A DNA stretch of 64,000 nt from Eledone cirrhosa (taxonomy: Eukaryota), in assembly GCA_964016885.1 (NCBI GenBank), contig OZ024754.1, positions 44,454,001 through 44,518,000 on the forward strand. The letters run 5' to 3'. Position 1 is the first letter of the stretch. Every line of letters starts with the position of its first letter. This document shows, in pieces, positions 60,564 to 64,000 of the stretch. Below the pieces are notes generated by a model. It had not been told where the DNA came from. It ran no database searches and saw only the letters and a list, made by a program, of their open reading frames with translations. Position numbers and translations under genes: made by a program.

Positions 60564-63396
60564 TCAAGAGTAAAAACAACATAAATTAATTAATTAGAAC
60601 TGGAAACTGAAGGAGATAAGACATTGGTGGGAACTGAACTGAAGACCTTACAATTATGAACAGAACAACTTAACTACTAAATCTGTTGACTGGTGCTTTC
60701 ACTATAACCATAGTATTAACTAGTACTCACCACTAAGGTTACTATGACCATAATATTAACTAGTACTCACCACTAAGGTTTCTATAACCATAGTATTAAC
60801 TAGTACTCACCACTAAGGTTTCTATGACCATAGTATTAACTAGTACTCACCACTAAGGTTTCTATGACCATAGTATTAACTAGTACTCACCACTAAGGTT
60901 ACTATAACCATAGTATTAACTAGTACTCACCACTAAGGTTTCTATGACCATAATATTAACTAGTACTCACCACTAAGGTTACTATAACCATAGTATTAAC
61001 TAGTACTCACCACTAAGGTTACTATAACCATAGTATTAACTAGTACTCACCACTAAGGTTTCTATGACCATAATATTAACTAGTACTCACCACTAAATTA
61101 CTATAACCAGTATTAACTAGTACTCACCACTAAATTACTATAACCATAGTATTAACTAGTACTCACCACTAAATTACTATAACCATAGTATTAACTAGTA
61201 CTCACCACTAAGGTTACTATGACCATAGTAACAACTAGTACTCACCACTAAGGTTACTATAACCATAGTAACAACTAGTACTCACCACTAAGGTTACTAT
61301 AACCATAGTAACAACTAGTACTCACCACTAAGGTTACTATAACCATAGTAACAACTAGTACTCACCACTAAGGTTACTATAACCATAGTAACAACTAGTA
61401 CTCACCACTAAGGTTACTATAACCATAGTAACAACTAGTACTCACCACTAAGGTTACTATAACCATAGTAACAACTAGTACTCACCACTAAGGTTACTCT
61501 TAGTCAGCGATGTAATGCTGGTTGAACTCCCTGCTCTCTTACAACGTGACTTCAAGAAACGGAAAGCCTGAGATGTTGGCGCTACCGCTGTTGGTGAAGA
61601 CCGGTGTAGTTCATGTATGTTGACTGGTGAACCAATCTTATATTCTTCAGTGCTGGCATCTATCTTGATCTTCCAATAAAGTTCCTCATAATTATCACCT
61701 GTAAACACAATACACAACAGTAAAGTACTCAGTAAACCATGATGAAGTTCTTTTGTCAGTGCATGTATTATTCTTCAAAGAATTCCTTTACAAACCTGTG
61801 AATATTTTCAGCAGATTATCATCTTTATTATATTTGAATTTCATAAATCTATTTTATGGGATTCCTCCGAAAGGTCTTTGGAGTAACGTTACTTGATAAA
61901 GTGTGTAGCTCGGAGATCAGAGAGTCACTCCAGGTAGAGCTGCTACTTTTCTGAATTGAGAGATCACAGCCTCCGATCCCATGGACATGTGGTTAGAATG
62001 TCTCAGGAAAGAATTTCTGGACAAATTTTATGGGCAAAGCCAACCGGTAGAAGACTCAGGGTTAGACCCTGAGTCAGATGTTTGGATAACATACTTGAGC
62101 TTGGCTGGTCTCGCCTGGGGATCCAGCCGGATCAGTTGGAGATGGTTGCTTCTGACAGGACCCACTGGAAGGAGTGTTTGAGGACTCTGCCCTCATGATC
62201 CTCTCAGGAATAAGTGGGCAAAGAAGTAGAGAAAGAGGATGAAAGGACTGAAAGCATTCTTAACCCTTTTGAAACCAACTTAATCATAACTTCTTCTAAA
62301 GCAATTTTAACCACTTTTGATACCAATCCACCAATATCACAGCCAATACCTTATACACACAATACAGGTATATCCAGCCAATACCCCAGCCAATATCACA
62401 GCCAATACCTTATACACACAATACAGGTATATCCAGCCAATACCCCAGCCAATATAACACACAATACCCCAGTCAATATTTCAACCAATACTTACTGTCA
62501 TTGGAAGCCATAGATGCAGAGATCTTGTCCCTGGTTTGAACTTTGCTGCTGTTGGCAGCCAAGGTCTGCGTTCGATGTAGAAAGTCCTTGTGACTACCAC
62601 TTGGACATGCATCTGGGCAGTGTACCAAGTAGAAAGAGTTGAAAAATAGCTGCATAGTTTCAGTCAAGTGTTTCCTTGTCATCTCAAAGCCTATTCTCAC
62701 CCCAACAATATAAAGTACATCAACTACTTTGTGTAGAATGAGACTGCGTGCATGTGTCCCGCTTGGAAAGCAAATGGGCAGTGCAGTGAGTTGCATCACT
62801 GAATGTAGTATTTTGTGCACCTTTAGATCCTGTGAAAAGAGTAAAAAAATAGAGATAATATATATATGTGTATATATATATGTGTGTATATATATGTATG
62901 TATATATATCAGATAGGGTGTGGTAAAAAACCAGGTGCACAATGACCCACCAGAATACTCGATACTTGGGGTAGTAGATTGAATAATATTAAAAAATTCA
63001 GGACCTCAACAGCTGAGCTTCGGCCGATCTAGCTGTTGAAATGGCCAAAGCTCAGCTGTCAGGGTCCTGAATTTTTTTTATTTATATATATATAAGGAAA
63101 AAAGATGAAATCGAAAATGCAACTGGAGTCTTTTTAAGAATATTTATTTGTTTCTTTACCGGTTTCTTGTGCTTTTCAAAAGTAGAATTGAGACGGAGGG
63201 TTTGTGGTTTTTCTCGATATATATATCAGAGAGGGTGTGGTAAAAAACCAGGTGAACATATAACCCACCAGAGTGCTCGATACTTGGGGTAGTAGAGTGG
63301 GTAATAGGAAAAAATTCAGGACCCCGGCGGCTGAGCTCCGGCCGTTTCAACAGCTAGTTTGACTGGAGCTCAGCTGTCGGGGTCCTGAATTTTTTA

Positions 63397-63451
<55 letters not shown>

Positions 63452-63737
63452 TGTATTTTTGGAATATAGGACACATTGGTACACACACACACTAGCATGC
63501 ACACATACAGTCTCTCACACACATACACACTGGCATGCACACATACACATACTGTCTCACACACACACACACACATAAAAACCTCTAAGTCAATAATTAA
63601 GAACAGGTAATATTTACCTGTAGAAGATCCATCAGGGTTTTCTCAGAGAGCAATGGCACCATGTGCCGTATGAGTACCAGGGAGGCAATGAGCCCAGCTT
63701 CAGCTGCTTGGCTCATCTCTTTCTCGGCAGCGGTTAC
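43934..63737 (-). CDS. WDR81: WD repeat-containing protein 81 (BEACH/WD40 endolysosomal regulator), 3' 16 coding exons, 5'-partial
   Basis: 16 GT-AG exons total 2136 nt (711 aa + stop) in one continuous frame. Motifs recalled from WDR81: [10 protein letters not shown]...[54 protein letters not shown]40 repeats ([38 protein letters not shown]) and C-terminus [30 protein letters not shown]. Confidence 0.93.
44838..44938 (-). CDS. WDR81: WDR81 exon ([33 protein letters not shown])
   Basis: gtttcag| ... CAT|gtaagt, 101 nt. Confidence 0.9.
45210..45765. mobile_element. TTAA-flanked piggyBac-like MITE with nested SINEs; other copies or ends near 3875, 5895-6893, 34241, 35532, 40602, 42719, 59776
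   Basis: TTAA|CCCTTTAGCATTTA ... TAAATGCTAAAGGG|TTAA. Confidence 0.7.
45844..45943 (-). CDS. WDR81: WDR81 exon, WD40 ([33 protein letters not shown])
   Basis: tccacag| ... G|gtcagc, 100 nt. Confidence 0.9.
46295..46617 (+). mobile_element. RTE LINE 3' end with (TGA)n tail; related 3' ends on - at 26340-26515, 31175-31427, 47700-47922
   Basis: [21 protein letters not shown]...[16 protein letters not shown], then tgatgatgat. Confidence 0.85.
47020..47418 (-). mobile_element. Non-autonomous Helitron-like element
   Basis: + strand begins actagctgaattacccgtgc (a CTAG 3' end with a decayed hairpin on -) and ends acaaacaaac...cttttatatatatc. Confidence 0.45.
48258..48397 (-). CDS. WDR81: WDR81 exon, WD40 ([21 protein letters not shown]...AHDTDILQ)
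   Basis: gttgcag| ... CAG|gtaaga, 140 nt. Confidence 0.92.
48568..48867. mobile_element. hAT-like MITE; partial copy at about 51556-51700
   Basis: cagagattctc ... gagaacatctg imperfect TIR; shared internal gagatgatataatagtatattaaatatcaaatg; no clear TSD. Confidence 0.4.
49141..49202 (-). CDS. WDR81: WDR81 exon ([20 protein letters not shown])
   Basis: tttaaag| ... G|gtaatt, 62 nt. Confidence 0.87.
49996..50126 (-). CDS. WDR81: WDR81 exon, WD40 ([16 protein letters not shown]...ATNDSTLR)
   Basis: tttgtag| ... AG|gttgta, 131 nt. Confidence 0.9.
50421..51125. repeat. 39-bp minisatellite, 18 units (WDR81 intron)
   Basis: Unit atgtctgacaacaRcagtcctccagtatgggagacaata. Confidence 0.95.
51239..51341 (-). 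CDS. WDR81: WDR81 exon, WD40 ([32 protein letters not shown])
   Basis: gttgtag| ... CAT|gtaggt, 103 nt. Confidence 0.9.
51716..52068. repeat. Diverged 48-bp array related to 53366-57755, opposite orientation
   Basis: actttacagagtggactgggtgtattttattgtgacaccaacactacc, about 7 units. Confidence 0.85.
52086..52206 (-). CDS. WDR81: WDR81 exon, WD40 ([32 protein letters not shown])
   Basis: tttgcag| ... AA|gtaagt, 121 nt. Confidence 0.92.
52540..52582 (+). ncRNA. Hammerhead-like motif; related degenerate copy at 22032-22074
   Basis: gtca-CTGAAGA-g-gtcac(agaatac)gtgac-GAAA-gaac-TT-tgac. The second copy reads CTGAGGA-a-gtcaca(gatta)tgtgac-GAAA-gagc-TT. Confidence 0.55.
52999..53058 (-). CDS. WDR81: WDR81 exon ([20 protein letters not shown]); duplicated acceptor 63 nt upstream
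   Basis: ttatgcag| ... G|gtaagt, 60 nt. Confidence 0.87.
   Translation of the reverse strand, partial: GSVTGEQHSTSNTSNYRPS
53252..53322 (-). CDS. WDR81: WDR81 exon ([23 protein letters not shown])
   Basis: tttccag| ... G|gtatat, 71 nt. Confidence 0.9.
53366..57755. repeat. 48-bp minisatellite, about 91 units (WDR81 intron)
   Basis: Unit tacccagtccacactgtaaagtggtcatgtaggtgtcacaacaaaaag. Confidence 0.97.
57979..58168 (-). CDS. WDR81: WDR81 exon (ESTLEK...[13 protein letters not shown]...EDLK)
   Basis: ataacag| ... AA|gtaagt, 190 nt. Confidence 0.87.
59120..59345 (+). mobile_element. RTE-tailed SINE-like family C; copies on - at 26145-26340, 28775-29120, 44185-44530, 47420-47675
   Basis: ttggtgttaggaagggcatccagccgtagaaaac...gaagatggacgttaaa(tga)n. 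Confidence 0.7.
59414..59538 (-). CDS. WDR81: WDR81 exon ([17 protein letters not shown]...)
   Basis: tccccag| ... G|gtaagt, 125 nt. Confidence 0.87.
60370..60505 (-). CDS. WDR81: WDR81 exon (YSISPLP...[19 protein letters not shown])
   Basis: ttaccag| ... AG|gtgagt, 136 nt. Confidence 0.88.
60701..61498. repeat. 40-bp minisatellite, 20 units, each containing the WDR81 exon end and splice donor
   Basis: Unit actataaccatagtattaactagtactcaccactaaggtt. Confidence 0.95.
61486..61698 (-). CDS. WDR81: WDR81 exon ([13 protein letters not shown]...TKSNLS)
   Basis: tttacag| ... G|gtgagt, 213 nt. Confidence 0.85.
61857..62240 (+). mobile_element. RTE LINE 3' fragment; related pieces at 15716-15811 and 24083-24235
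   Basis: (QAAE)[31 protein letters not shown]...GHVVRM. Confidence 0.65.
62496..62829 (-). CDS. WDR81: WDR81 exon (DLKVHKIL...FPSGTHARS...MASND)
   Basis: ttcacag| ... A|gtaagt, 334 nt. Confidence 0.9.
63618..63737 (-). CDS. WDR81: WDR81 exon ([40 protein letters not shown])
   Basis: ttgctag| ... CAG|gtaaat, 120 nt. Confidence 0.85.
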
Positions 63738-63799
63738 CTAGCAACAGAACCATACAGGTGTTAAAAGCAGCAAGTAGAGAATAGCAGTGGATATATGAA

Positions 63800-64000
63800 C
63801 AGGGTGGACTGGGTGTTTTTTGTTGTGGCACAGACACTTCCACCTTGCAGAGTGGACTGGGTGTTTTTTGTTGTGGCACAGACACTACCACCTTGCAGAG
63901 TGGACTGGGTGTTTTTTGTTGTGGCACAGACACTACCACCTTGCAGGGTGGACTGGGTGTTTTTTGTTGTGGCACAGACACTACCACCTTGCAGGGTGGA
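63800..64000. repeat. Third related 48-bp array, runs off the window
   Basis: gtggactgggtgttttttgttgtggcacagacactaccaccttgcagR. Confidence 0.85.

Noticed and set aside
22737-61498. Regular arrays as CRISPR
   Set aside because: Units are head-to-tail with no unique spacers, the context is eukaryotic and there are no cas genes.

Overview
Very AT-rich, intron-rich animal genomic DNA, dense in (TA)n/(TG)n/(ACC)n microsatellites, SINEs, LINE fragments and minisatellites. The repeat content resembles an octopod cephalopod, which is an inference. Three spliced protein-coding genes can be assembled by hand with GT-AG introns and consistent phases: a complete 4-exon NPC2/ML-domain gene (+, 10861-14133, 148 aa), a short ATF3/BATF/Fos-type bZIP gene (+, 28582-37321, about 132 aa), and the last 16 coding exons of WDR81 (-, 63737 to 43934, 711 aa, 5' part outside the window). 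Most ORF-track entries are translations of simple or tandem repeats. The main unexplained structure is a set of short, mutually unrelated fold-back elements sitting in (TA)n tracts. Many of these carry minimal type-I hammerhead-ribozyme motifs with a palindromic stem III, some with covarying core variants. A 5'-inverted Penelope-like retroelement in NPC2 intron 1 is a plausible source of this class. WDR81 also has a splice donor amplified about 20-fold as a minisatellite and an in-frame duplicated splice acceptor. All folds and homology calls were made by eye and nothing was searched or computed.
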